From Macrostomum lignano (lineage: Eukaryota): a stretch of 64,000 nucleotides of DNA. Shown in pieces: positions 23,510-40,480 of this stretch. Location: positions 186,001-250,000 of the forward strand of contig NIVC01000237.1 in the NCBI GenBank assembly GCA_002269645.1, in the 5' to 3' direction. How positions within the stretch are numbered: position 1 is the first letter of the stretch; every line of letters begins with the position of its first letter. Under the pieces are notes generated by a model. The model was given only the letters and a program-made list of their open reading frames with translations, did no database searches and had not been told where the DNA came from. The position numbers were made by a program, and so were the translations under genes.

Positions 23510-23740
23510 TGAGGTGAGGTGGGTGTGTGGAGTGAGGTGGGTGTGTGGAGTGAGGTGAGTGTGTGGAGTGAGGTGAGTGTGTGGAATGAGGTGGGTGTGA
23601 GAAGTGAGGTGAGTGTGTGGAATGAGGTGGGTGTGAGACGTGAGGTGAGTGTGTGGAGTGAGGTGGGTGTGAGACGTGAGGTGAGTGTGTGGAATGAGGT
23701 GGGTGTGCGGAGTGAGGTGGGTGTGAGAAGTGAGGTGGAA
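23510..23740. repeat. 18-bp array GTGAGGTGGGTGTGTGGA
   Basis: Read directly; related arrays at 27115-27440 and 30230-30415. Confidence 0.9.
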
Positions 23741-23944
23741 TCATTGATTGAAAATTGAATTTCAAATAAAATCTCGTTAACTGAAGAATGCAGAGTACGT
23801 GCACTTTAGTCTATGGCAGAGACAGCAGTGATTAAGTTCATCTAGGCCGCATTGTATATTTTAATCTGCATTTCGCGGTGAATTACACTCAGTGGCTGAA
23901 GTCCGGAAATTGTATCTGCAATTGAATCAAACAACGAGAAGGAG

Positions 23945-24849
23945 ATGCGCGCCATCACTCAGTTGTTTCTGGTCAGCTGTCTGGTGCTGATTGCAGCAGC
24001 TGGTCTGAGCGAGGCCTGCCTAGCCCGTAAGTGGAGCCGCTTCGATTGGCCTGTTTCGAGTATAGGTATATATATATATATATATAAATACTTCGGATTT
24101 TCCTGATTTTTTTTGAAAAAAAGAGACTGATTAAGTGTCCAATGTATGAAAAAGTTAAAGGAAATCAAAGATCAAAAGGTCAAATCCGCCCCCTCTATCC
24201 ACACTGCGAACAATCCAATCCACCCCCTCTATCCACACTGCGAACAATCCAATCCGCCCCCTCTATCCACACTGCAAACAATCCAATCCACCCCCTCTAT
24301 CCACACTGCGAACAATCAAATCCGCCCATCTATTCACACTGCGAACAATCCAATCCGCCCCTCTATCCACACTGCGAACAATCCAATCCGCCCCTCTATC
24401 CACACCGCAAGCGATCAAATCCGCCCCCTTCTATCCACACTGCGAACGATCAAATCCGCCCCTCTATCCACACCGCAAGCGATCAAATCCGCTCCTCTAT
24501 CCACACCGCAAGTGATCAAATCCGCCCCTCTATCCACACCGCAAGTGATCAAATCCGCCCCCTTCTATCCACACTGCGAACGATCAGATGCACCCCCTCT
24601 ATCCACACCGCAAGCAATCAAATCCGCCCCTCTATCCACACCGCAAGCAATCAAATCCGCCCCCTTCTATCCACACTGCGAACGATCAAATCCGCCCCCT
24701 CTATCCACACAGCGAGTCATGGAGTGTCTCATCATGCTCAAAATCAACTCCCGCTACCCCACCCTCTGTCTGCAGCCATACTCGGTGCGGTGGGCGGCAA
24801 GCTGCATAAAATTATAGCAAAGAAGATCAAGTACGTCATCAAAGGCTGA
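23945..24849 (+). CDS. Predicted 51-aa secreted cationic peptide precursor A, join(23945..24026,24776..24849): MRAITQLFLVSCLVLIAAAGLSEA/CLAPILGAVGGKLHKIIAKKIKYVIKG*
   Basis: Signal peptide with S-E-A site. Donor c|gtaagt at 24027, pyrimidine-tract acceptor ccctctgtctgcag| at 24775, phase 1. Exon 1 is identical (82/82 nt) to copy B while the flanks diverge. Confidence 0.75.
24180..24712. repeat. Intronic minisatellite, ~34-bp CCACAC(C/T)GC(A/G)AGCGATCAAATCCGCCCCCTCTAT
   Basis: Read directly, in the peptide A intron. Confidence 0.95.
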
Positions 24850-25582
24850 GTTCAGAGGCTGACCAGCTGCACAAGATTCTGCTGTTCCAAAATTTACGGC
24901 ATGTTTTCAACTTTTTCACGAGGAAAATCACTTTGCTCGTGTACTTCTGTTTAAGAAGCAAACAATTGAGCTTATTAGCCGATTTTGTTTCAGTTTTATT
25001 TTGATACGCAACATGGACTGTAGTGTAGGGGCGCGTGTGTAAGTGCATAGCAAGTTTATTTTAGCATGGCATCAGCTGACCACACTGTACCAGCCTGTTT
25101 GCTGCAGGTATATAAATACATTGCTATATAGATGTACAATTGCTTTGCTTGCCTTTTGCTGCTGTGTGGAGGTCGGTCTGTAAACTGTGAATTTATGTGC
25201 TAACACTACTTAAAGTAGCTAGATAGTAAGCTATGCAAGAATAATCAAAGTTGGATTAAGGAGTGAGAGTTTAGATCAGAATGGCAATGGAGTCTGTGAG
25301 GCGGTTGGGATCCAGATTGGGAAGAGAATGAGATGAGGACGGGGATGAGGATGGCATGAGACTGCCTCATGATTAGGGCTGTGAAATATAATGTACGAAA
25401 GCATACGAAATAAGCAAGCAAGTTAATGACTAATGATGCCCTAGGTAGCTCTCTAAATCTTCAAGAACATTCCCATTTACCACTGAAACATTCCTATATT
25501 CTACTAACACATTCCCATACCCTACTGACAAATTACTACATCCCACTGACACACTCCCATATCCCACTGACACATTCTCATA

Positions 25583-25642
25583 TCGCGACCGGTGCGTGCC
25601 AACTCGAGAAACAGTCTGGCGCGCGGCGCGCTGTCTAACAGG
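25583..25642 (-). pseudogene. 60-bp remnant of exon 3 of the RERG-like GTPase gene
   Basis: Matches 31549-31608 (cgcga.cggtgcg.gccaactcgag.aacagtctggcgcgcggcgcgctgtctaacaggg). Confidence 0.85.
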
Positions 25643-25644
25643 GG

Positions 25645-26400
25645 TAAAATGGGGTGGTTTTTAGCTGATTGGAGTGGTTGTTGGCGGAGCGGGGTGAATT
25701 TTGGCGGAATGGGGTGGTTGTTGGCGGAGTGGGGTGGTTGTTGGCGGAGTGGGGTGGTTGTTGGCGGAGTGGGGTGGTTGTTGGCGGAGTGGGGTGGTTG
25801 TTGGCGGAGTGGGGTGGTTGTTGGCGGAGTGGGGTGGTTGTTGGCGGAGTGGGGTGGTTGTTGGCGGAGTGGGGTGGTTGTTGGCGGAGTGGGGTGGTTG
25901 TTGGCGGAGTGGGGTGGTTGTTGGCGGAGTGGGGTGGTTGTTGGCGGAGTGGGGTGGTTGTTGGCGGAGTGGGGTGGTTGTTGGCGGAGTGGGGTGGTTG
26001 TTGGCGGAGTGGGGTGGTTGTTGGCGGAGTGGGGTGGTTGTTGGCGGAGTGGGGTGGTTGGTTCTGTGGGGTGGTTGGTTCTGTGGGGTGGTTGGTTCTG
26101 TGGGGCGGTTGGTTCTGTGGGGTGGTTGGTTCTGTAGGGTGGTGGATTCTACGGGGTGGTTGGTTCTGTGGGGTGGTTGGTTCTGTAGGGTGGTGGATTC
26201 TACGGGGTGGTTGGTTCTGTGGAGTGGTGGGTGCCTTGAGGTATCTACGCTCGTATAATAGGTTCTGTAGAGTGGTAGCTTCTGTGGGGTGGTGGGTGCT
26301 GGGGTCAGAGGGTGCTATGGGGTGGTGGGTTCTGTGGATTTTTTTGGGAGGGGTGTTGTGTGTTAGTGGGTGTTGTGGGGTGGTGGGTGTGTGGCACGAA
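25645..26400. repeat. Chimeric array: 20-bp GGGGTGGTTGTTGGCGGAGT switching at ~26055 to GGTTCTGTGGGGTGGTT
   Basis: The left part equals the GTPase intron-2 array (31682-32112); the right part equals the ankyrin-intron array (20575-21180). Confidence 0.9.
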
Positions 26401-26461
26401 CAAGACCTGCTATTGACCAGCTCTTTCACACCAGCAGCAAATGCCACAGCCTCGGCCTTAC

Positions 26462-26773
26462 CGCTGAATATCCTTAGCCAGTTCTGGGAGACCGCAGCGA
26501 GCCGCCACACCCATGGTAATGCGGCCGTCGAGATCCGTCAGCTTCAGCAGCCGCTTTCGGGTCTTGTCGGCTCGCCTCTCGTAGTCGCTGCAGTGCCTGG
26601 CCTCGCGCAGCAGGTGCAGAAGGTGCTTGGCGCACCTGCGGCTGCCAGACCGCGCCGCCTCAGTCAGCGGGGCGGCGCCTTGCTTGTTCTGCAGCCACTT
26701 GGCGTCGAACCGGAGTAGAGCCAGCACTCGCAGGTGGTCCCGCCTGGCCGCCAGGTGCGCCGCCGTGTTGCCA
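26462..26773 (-). pseudogene. Truncated duplicate of the ankyrin exon
   Basis: Near-identical to 21246-21558 (GNTAAHLAARRDHL...AKDIQR). The 5' half is missing and replaced directly by the AATCCCACACCCCAG array. Confidence 0.85.
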
Positions 26774-27440
26774 GAATCCCACACCCCAGAATACCACACC
26801 ACAGAATCCAACATCTTAGAAACCCATGCACACCAGAATCCCACGTGCAATAATCCCACACACAAAATCCCACACCCCAGAATCCCACACCCCAGAATCC
26901 CACACCCCAAAATCCCGCACTTAGAATCCTACACACAATAATCCCACACACAGTGATCGCACACACAATAATCTCACACATAATAATCCCACAAACAACA
27001 ATCTCACACACAATAATCCCACACATTATAATCCCACAGAACAACAATCTCACACACAATAATCCCAACACACAATAATCTCACACACAATGATCCCAAA
27101 CCCCAGAATTCCATGTGGGGTGGGTGAACAGAAGTGGGGTGGGTTGTCGGGTGGGGTGGGGGTGGGAGTGGGGTGGGTGTGGGAGGGAGTGGGTGTTGGA
27201 GGGAGGTTGGTGTGGGAGGGAGGTGGGTGCGGGAGGGAGGTTGGTGTGGGAGGGAGGTGGGTGTGGGAGGGAGGTGGGTGCGGGAGGTAGGTTGGTGTGG
27301 GAGGGAGGTGGGTGTGGGAGGGAGGTGGGTGTGGGAGGGAGGTGGGTGTGGGAGGGAGGTGGGTGTGGGAGGGAGGTGGGTGTGGGAGGGAGGTGAGTGT
27401 GGGAGGGAGGTGGGTGTGGGAGGGAGGTGGGTGTGGAAGG
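26772..27440. repeat. Degenerate AATCCCACAC array (26772-27110) followed by GGGAGGGAGGTGGGTGT array (27115-27440)
   Basis: Counterparts of 21830-22860 and 23510-23740 in the duplicated block. Confidence 0.9.
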
Positions 27441-27661
27441 AAATGTTAGTTGAAAATGGATTTCAATGCAATCAAGTCTCATTTAACTGAAGAATGCGGC
27501 GTATGCTCTTTAGTCTATGGCAGAGACAGCAGTGATTAAGTTCAACTGGCGCCACATTGCATTTATTTTTAATCTGCACTTCGTGGTGAATATCACTCGT
27601 AGGCTTAAGTCTCAAATTCGCATCTAGAACTGAAGCATCAAAACAGGAATTACAAGCGTAG

Positions 27662-29218
27662 ATGCGCGCCATCACTCAGTTGTTTCTGGTCAGCTGTCTG
27701 GTGCTGATTGCAGCAGCTGGTCTGAGCGAGGCCTGCCTAGCCCGTAAGTGGAGCCGCTTCCTGGGTGGGTCTCTTTAAGTTTAGGTATATTATAATAAAA
27801 TATGCTATTTCAGAATTCCGGATTTTATGAAACTTCCAGCGACTGACTCAGTGCCCAATGTGAAAAAAAGTTGAAGAAATCAAAGGTCAAAAAATCCTAA
27901 ACCACCCCCAAAATCCACACCGTAAAAAATCAAATCCGCCTCCTCTATCCACACCGTAAAAAATCAAATCCGCCTCCTCTATCCACACCGCAAGCAATCA
28001 AATCCGCCCCCTCTATCCACACCGCAAGCGATCAAATCCGCCCCCTCTATCCACACCGCAAGCGATCAAATCCGCTGCCTCTATCCACACCGCAAGCGAT
28101 CAAATACGCCTCCTCTATCCACACCGCAAGCGATCAAATCCACCTCCTCTATCCACACCGCAAGCGATCAAATCCGCCCCCTCTATCCACACCGCAAGCG
28201 ATCAAATCCGCTGCCTCTATCCACACCGCAAGCGATCAAATACGCCTCCTCTATCCACACCGCAAGCGATCAAATCCGCCCCCTCTATCCACACCGCAAG
28301 CGATCAAATCCGCCCCCTCTATCCACACCGCAAGCGATCAAATCCGCTGCCTCTATCCACACCGCAAGCGATCAAATACGCCTCCTCTATCCACACCGCA
28401 AGCGATCAAATCCACCTCCTCTATCCACACCGCAAGCGATCAAATCCGCCCCCTCTATCCACACCGCAAGCGATCAAATCCACCCCCTATATCCAAACCG
28501 CAAGCGATCAAATCCACCCCCTCTATCCACACCGCAAGCGATCAAATCCACCCCCTATATCCAAACCGCAAGCGATCAAATCCACCCCCTCTATCCACAC
28601 CGCAAGCGATCAAATCCACCCCCTATATCCACACCGCAAGCGATCAAATCTGCCCTCTCTATACACACCGCAAGCGATCAAATCCACCCCCTATATCCAA
28701 ACCGCAAGCGATCAAATCCACCCCCTCTATCCACACCGCAAGCGATCAAATCCACCCCCTATATCCACACCGCAAGCGATCAAATCTGCCCTCTCTATAC
28801 ACACCGCAAGCGATCAAATCCACCCCCTCTATCCACACCGCAAGCGATCAAATCCACCCCCTCTATCCACACCGCAAGCGATCAAATCCACCCCCTCTAT
28901 CCACACCGCAAGCGATCAAATCCACCCCCTCTATCCACACCGCAAGCGATCAAATCCACCCCCTCTATCCACAACGCAAGCGATCAAATCCACCCCTCTA
29001 TCCACACCGCAAGCGATCGAATCCACCCCCTCTATCCACACCGCAAGCGATCAAATCCACCCCCCTCTATCCACAGAGCGAGTCATGGAGTGTCTCATCA
29101 CGCTCAAAATCAACTCCCGCTACCCCACCCTCTGTCTGCAGCCATACTCGGTGCGGTGGGCGGCAAGCTGCATAAAGTGATAGCAAAGAAGATCAAGAAA
29201 ATCAAGTTCCGAGGCTGA
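27662..29218 (+). CDS. Predicted 52-aa secreted cationic peptide precursor B, join(27662..27743,29142..29218): MRAITQLFLVSCLVLIAAAGLSEA/CLAPILGAVGGKLHKVIAKKIKKIKFRG*
   Basis: Same donor (27744) and acceptor (29141) as copy A; phase 1; ends Gly-stop. Confidence 0.75.
27895..29076. repeat. Intronic minisatellite, 34-bp CCACACCGCAAGCGATCAAATCC(G/A)CCCCCTCTAT (~34 copies)
   Basis: Read directly, in the peptide B intron. Confidence 0.97.
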
Positions 29219-29679
29219 CCAACTGCACAAGATTCTGCTGTTCCAAAAAGTCCGGCCTGTTGTCAACTTTTTCACGAGGAAAATCACTTTTCTTGTGTGC
29301 CGTATTTCTGTTTAAGAAGCAAACAATAGCTTATTAGCTGATTTTGTTTCAGTCTTATTGCTGAACGCAACATGTACTGTAGAGGCGTATGTAAGTGCAG
29401 AGCATGTATCGTATTTTAGCATGGCATCAGCTGACCAAACTGTACCAGCCTGTTTACTGCAGGTATATAAATACATTGCTATATAGATGTACAGTTGTTT
29501 TGCTTGTCTTTCGCTGCTCAAAGTTTTTCAGTTGTGTACAGGAGGTCGGTGTGTAAACTGTGAATTTATGTGCTAACACTACTTAAAGTAGCTGGATAGC
29601 AGCTATGCAGCAATAAAAAAGTTGGATTGAGGGGTGAGAGTTTAGATCAGAATGGCAATCGAGTTTGTGAGGCGGTGGG

Positions 29680-29970
29680 GATGAAGATGGGGATGAGGAT
29701 GAGGATGACAATGGGATGAAGATGGGGAGGAGAATGGGGATGAGAATGGGATGAAGATGGGGAGGAGGATATGGATGAGAATGGGGATGAGGATGAGGAT
29801 GAGGATGAGGATGAGAATGGGATGAAGATGGGGAGGAGGATGGGGATGAGAATGAGGATGAGGATGAGGATGGGATGAAGATGGGGAGGAGGATAGGGAT
29901 GAGAATGGGGATGAGGATGGGGATGTGGATGGGGATGAGGATGGGGATGAGGATGGGGATGAGGATGAGG
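29680..29970. repeat. (GATGAG/GATGGG)n array
   Basis: Read directly; similar array at 30790-30940. Confidence 0.9.
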
Positions 29971-30519
29971 TTGAAGATTGCCATATCTTTCGGTTGAGCT
30001 TTCGGTTATATACATTCAGCAAGCCTCTTACTTGTCCTATGGGACTGATGGAGAAGAATAATCGAAATAACTGATGAAATACTCAGAATGAATAAGAAAT
30101 TAACAGACGATATAAACCAACTTTTGAAAACAAAAGCAAAAAACTGCATATTATGCATGTAGATGATACTTCAAATGTACACACGTTTAACTTATGAGTA
30201 TGTTATTTTTTATGTACTACATGTATGTAGTGGGGTGGATGTTGGGGTGAGGTGGGTGAGGGAGTAAGCTGGGTGTGGGAGTGAGGTGGGTGCGGAAGTG
30301 ACCTGGGTGAGGGAGTGAGGTGGGTGTGGGAGTGAGGTGGGTCTGGGAGGGAGGTGGGTGTGGAAGTGACCTGGGTGTGGGAGTGAGGCGGGTGTGGGAG
30401 TGAGGTGGGTTTGGTATAAAAAATACAAATTAAGAATATTGTTGTACATGAAGAGCAGCGGTGTAAAATGTGTATGAATCAGTGGTTAACTCAATCTATT
30501 TATTGCTTCTGGCATCAAC

Positions 30520-32952
30520 TTAGCCGTCAGCCTGCTGCTCCTGCTGCTGCTCTCTCTTCTTTGCTCCCGATGTGGTCGCAGGCAGCCAGCGAGACTCGAG
30601 CGACATGAGGTCCTCTTCCCTGAGAGCCAGCATGCTCGGCCTCGAGTGTCGCTGCTGCTGCAGCTGCCCGCGGTCCGGCAGGCTGGCCTTGCGCAGGCTG
30701 TGGCCCTGCCCGATGCTCAGGTGGCCCTCGGCGATCAGGCCGGTGAAAATCAGGTCGATGATCTTCGGATCCTCAGCGGCGGATGTCTGAGATGAGGATG
30801 GGGATGGGGATGGGGATAAGGATAGGGATGAGGATGAGGATGAGGATGAGGATGGGGATGAGGATAGAGATGAGGATGATGTTGAGGATGTAATAAAAAT
30901 GGGGATAAGAATGGTGATGGGGATGGGGATGAGGATGGTATGAGACCGCCTCATGATTAGGGTTGTGAAATATGTACTAAAGCATATGAAAAAAGCAAGC
31001 AAGTAAATGACTATTGATGCTCTAAGTAGGTCTCTAAATATTCAAGAACATTCCCATATACCACTGACACATTCCTATATTCTACTAACACATTCCCATA
31101 CCCTACTGACAAATTACTACATCCCACTGACACACTCCCATATCCCACTGACACATTCCCATATCTCACTGACACACTCCCATATCCCACTGACACAACT
31201 CCCACATCCCACTGACACACTCCCATATCTCACTGACACACTCCCATATCCCACTGACACAACTCCCACATCCCACTGACACACTCCCATATCCCACGGA
31301 CACATTCCCATATCCCACGGACACATTCCCATATCTCAAAAATAAAAAAAGTATCAAAATTATTCCGGCTCGCCATCCGCTGGTGATCCCCGCTCACCAC
31401 GAAGTGCCGACAGCGGAACTGGCTGCTGAGAATCTCCATTTCGGCCTTGTTGTTGCCGTGGCCGCAGTAGGCCAGATCCGTCTTGTTGCCAACCAGCACG
31501 GCTGGCAGGCGGCGCTCCTTGGCTGTGCCAGCCGAAACCGCGGCGTTGTCGCGAACGGTGCGCGCCAACTCGAGGAACAGTCTGGCGCGCGGCGCGCTGT
31601 CTAACAGGGTGACGTCGTAAACGAATAGGAAACTGTCGGCCCAGCTCAGGCAGGCCGAGAGACCGTTGAACCCGCGGCGCTGGGGGTGGTTTTTGGCGGT
31701 GTGGGGTGGTTGTTAGCGAATTGGGGTGCTTATTAGCGAATTGGGGCGGTTGTTGGCGGTGTGGGGTGGTTGTTGGCGGAGTGGGGTGGTTGTTGGCGGA
31801 GTGGGGTGGTTGTTAACGAATTGGGGTGGTTGTTGGCGGAGTGGGGTTGTTGTTAGCGAATTGGGGCGGTTGTTGGCGGTGTGGGGTGTTTGTTAGCGGA
31901 GTAGGGTGGTTGTTAGCGAATTGGGGCGGTTGTTGGCGGTGTGGGGTGGTTGTTAACGAATTGGGGTGGTTGTTGGGCGGAGTGGGGTGGTTGTTGGCGG
32001 AGTGGGGTGGTTGTTGGTGGAGTGGGTGGTTGTTGGCGAATTGGGGTGGTTGTTGGCGGAGTAGGGTGGTTGTTGGGCGGAGTGGGGTGGTTGTTGGGCG
32101 GAGTGGGGTGGTGTCATCAATGAACAGCAATAAAACAATAATGCCACTAAATCGAGTTCACCTCGTAGGAAGAGGTGTCAAGAATCTCCACATCAATGGT
32201 GCTGTCTTGCAGCACAGCCCGGTGCCTGTAGAGAATATCGATACCGGACTGATAGGTCTCGATGAACCGCTTGGACAGGTAGCGCACTAGAAGGGCTGCG
32301 ACAGTCATAGAGAGAGTTTTTGTTGTAAAAAAAGTTGTTTTAGCTCGTACGAGCTCGTAGACCCCAGTCTGCAAAATGTTATGCCCACACGCACTCGCCG
32401 ATACAAAAAAACAAAATACGTGCAACGCAGCCAGCAGGCAGTCGACAAAAGCTGAGTGAGTGTCCGGGGCACCTGCAACGACTTAAAGATTCGTAGAGGC
32501 CCTGCTGGCCTAGCAGCGTCACTCATGAATTCACATATAAACTCGTTCATGAGCTCATGAACTCAGTGATTAAACCACTCATAAATCACTCGTGAAGTCA
32601 TTCATAACCTAGTCATAATCCCATTATGATCTCACTTGTGAACTTAATTATGATCTCACTAATGAACTCAGTCATGAACTCAGTCATGACCTCAGTCATG
32701 ACCTCAGTCATGAACTCACTCATGACCTCAGTCATGAACTCAGTCATGAACTCACTCATGACCTCAGTCATGACCTCAGTCATGAACTCACTCATGACCT
32801 CAGTCATGAACTCAGTTATGAACTCAGTCATGAACTCACTCATGACCTCACTCATGACCTCAGTCATGAACTCACTCATGACCTCAGTCATGAACTCACT
32901 CACCAGTTTTTCCGCAGCCATCCGGCCCAGCAATGACCAATCTGACTGGCAT
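30520..32952 (-). CDS. Ras-family small GTPase, RERG/RERGL/RASL11-12-like, join(32952-32904, 32295-32162, 31679-31398, 30786-30520)
   Basis: MPVRLVIAGPDGCGKT|ALLVRYLSKRFIETY...EILDTSSYE|...WADSFLFVYDVT...VLVGNKTDL...FV|TSAAED. G1, G4 and G5 motifs present; all three introns are GT-AG and in phase; no CaaX. Confidence 0.85.
30790..31335. repeat. GTPase intron-3 arrays: (GATGAG/GATGGG)n at 30790-30940 and ~21-bp CCCATATCCCACTGACACACT at 31040-31335
   Basis: Read directly. Confidence 0.9.
31682..32112. repeat. GTPase intron-2 array, 20-bp GGGGTGGTTGTT(G/A)GCG(G/A)A(G/T)T
   Basis: Read directly. Confidence 0.92.
32520..32903. repeat. GTPase intron-1 array, 12-bp TCATGA(A/C)CTCA(G/C)
   Basis: Read directly; begins at the splice donor. 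Confidence 0.92.
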
Positions 32953-34023
32953 AATAATCTCAATGAATAGAAGAAATGAAAAGCAATATTATTGAGAATG
33001 GATGCACTCAATCTGCGAGGCCAATGCGAATAAGGCTTGAATTATTCTGTCCAGATTTTTATATGGCTACGGCTGCTCCCGAGCTGGGAGAAATCAAGCT
33101 CAATAGAGGGAGAAGAGAATAAAGGAGCGGAGGGGACGGAGTTGGGAGCTGGGCAAGTCCGGAAGCGCGGGGCTTGAGAGGGCGAGTGGGGGGGGGGTGG
33201 GGAGTTCCCAACCAGATGGGGGGCTGGGGATTATATCGATTTTAGTTCCCCAGAGCGGCACAGAGGGAGCAGGGGAGCGGGAGGGTGACGGGGATGCTGG
33301 GGCATTCAGTATGCGAAGTCGGTTCTCCAGATTCAAGGCCGAGGCAGCAGCTGGGCCTGGGCTGGCAACTGGCTAGGAGGGGGGAGTGGGGTTGAGACGG
33401 CTTGTACTCGGAGTTGAGTTTCCGCCTGCTTGACTTTGATTGCTCACCCTGGCTGCCCCCCCCCCCAACACAACTTTCTCCGGTTGCAGCAGCAGCTCCT
33501 GGCATACCCCAGGCCACTTGTTGGTTGATTGGGCCCAATCTCGGGCAGTGCAAATACATGCCCAATTTATATTGCTGCTTTAATGATTCTAAAGTTAACA
33601 AGCTTGAAATGTTACTGATGACAAACACATCTCACTGAGTGGTTTTCTTAGAAACCAAACCGCACAATGCTGCAGCAAAGCGTATATTGTATAGAATTGA
33701 CATTATATTAGCATAATATATATAATTATGTACAGGCATATGAGTTATATAATAAAACATCGATTGTGCGCCCTACCGCATATACTACTGCACACAACAC
33801 AGACTGCCACTGTATAGTTTATAACAGGTAGAAGCTATATTTAATTACACGAGCACCGGTAGCGGAACTATTGCAAATTACCGATTAACGAGATTCGAAC
33901 CTAGGACGACTACTTGTCATTTTACTGTATCAAAACAACCGGGTAAGCAGATATATAATGAAGTAATAAGCTCGTTGCGCAAAAATAAAATAAAGTTACG
34001 ACTGGTCTGAATTGAAATAAAAG

Positions 34024-34165
34024 CAGAATAACAAATAAACAAATCACGTGACTTTGAAATCAGTTTATTTGTCAGCTGTGTCACGTGACTTTGAAATCAG
34101 TTTATTTGTCAGCTGTGTCACGTGACTTTGAAATCAGTTTATTTGTCAGCTGTGTCACGTGACTT
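34024..34165. repeat. 37-bp repeat TCACGTGACTTTGAAATCAGTTTATTTGTCAGCTGTG x~3.5
   Basis: Read directly, downstream of the Scm stop. Confidence 0.92.
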
Positions 34166-34330
34166 TCTTTAGCTCGCATGGATGATGGACGTTAGACTGG
34201 TTTCGGAGTTTCTTAGAAATAAATGTATCACGTGACTAAGTATAACAATTGTCGACTTTTGGTCAGTGAGTTTCTAAGAAATCAGCTGTGCCACGTGACT
34301 AAATTTTTACAAGGCCTGGCTCCGGAGTTG

Positions 34331-39811
<5,481 letters not shown>

Positions 39812-39889
39812 CTATGCAAGGTGTTGGCGCAAACTGAGCCTTTCATTTCTCATGAGATTATTCAGGGACATAGGTAAGTGTACAAGGAA

Positions 39890-40480
39890 CCAAGGTCCTT
39901 CGCCGTCACCTACCCCTGCCAAAGGACCGAGGTCCTTATTTGGGCCACTGCCTACCGGGGGACCCAGGTCCTTTGTCGAGCCGCCGCCTACCAGGGGACC
40001 CAGGTCCTTAGTAGGGCCGGTGCATACCAGGGGACCCAGGTCCTTAGTAGGGCCGGTGCATACCAGGGGACCCAGGTCCTTAGTAGGGCCGGTGCATACC
40101 AGGGACCCAGGTCCTTAGTAGGGCCACCGCCTACCAGGGGACCCAGGTTCTTAGTGGGTCACCGCCTACCTGGGGACCCAGGTTCTTGGTAGAGCCGCTG
40201 CCTAACAGGGGACCCAGGTTCTTGGTAGAGCCGCTGCCTAACAGGGGACCCAGGTTCTTGGTAGAGCCGCTGCCTAACAGGGGACCCAGGTTCTTGGTAG
40301 GGCCGCTGCCTACCAGGGGACCCAGGTCCTTAGTGGGTCACCGCCTACCAGGGGACCCAGGTTCTTGGTAGAGCCGCTGCCTACCAGGGGACCCAGGTCC
40401 TTAGTGGGTCACCGCCTACCAGGGAACCCAGGGTCCTTTGTTTGGCCCCCGTCGCCTACCAGGAGACCCAGGTCCTTTGT
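39890..40480. repeat. 36-bp array GGGACCCAGGTCCTTAGTAGGGCCGGTGCATACCAG upstream of the Scm ATG
   Basis: Read directly. Confidence 0.92.

Noticed and set aside
24713-24817. Alternative exon-2 readings of the peptide genes (PSHGVSHH.. extension, or 4-Cys QRVMECL..SCIK frame)
   Set aside because: These acceptors are not shared by both copies and lack a pyrimidine tract, whereas ctctgtctgcag is conserved in both. Not formally excluded without RNA data.
33100-33640. Short ORFs between Scm and the GTPase gene
   Set aside because: No domain similarity, codon bias or consistent splice sites.
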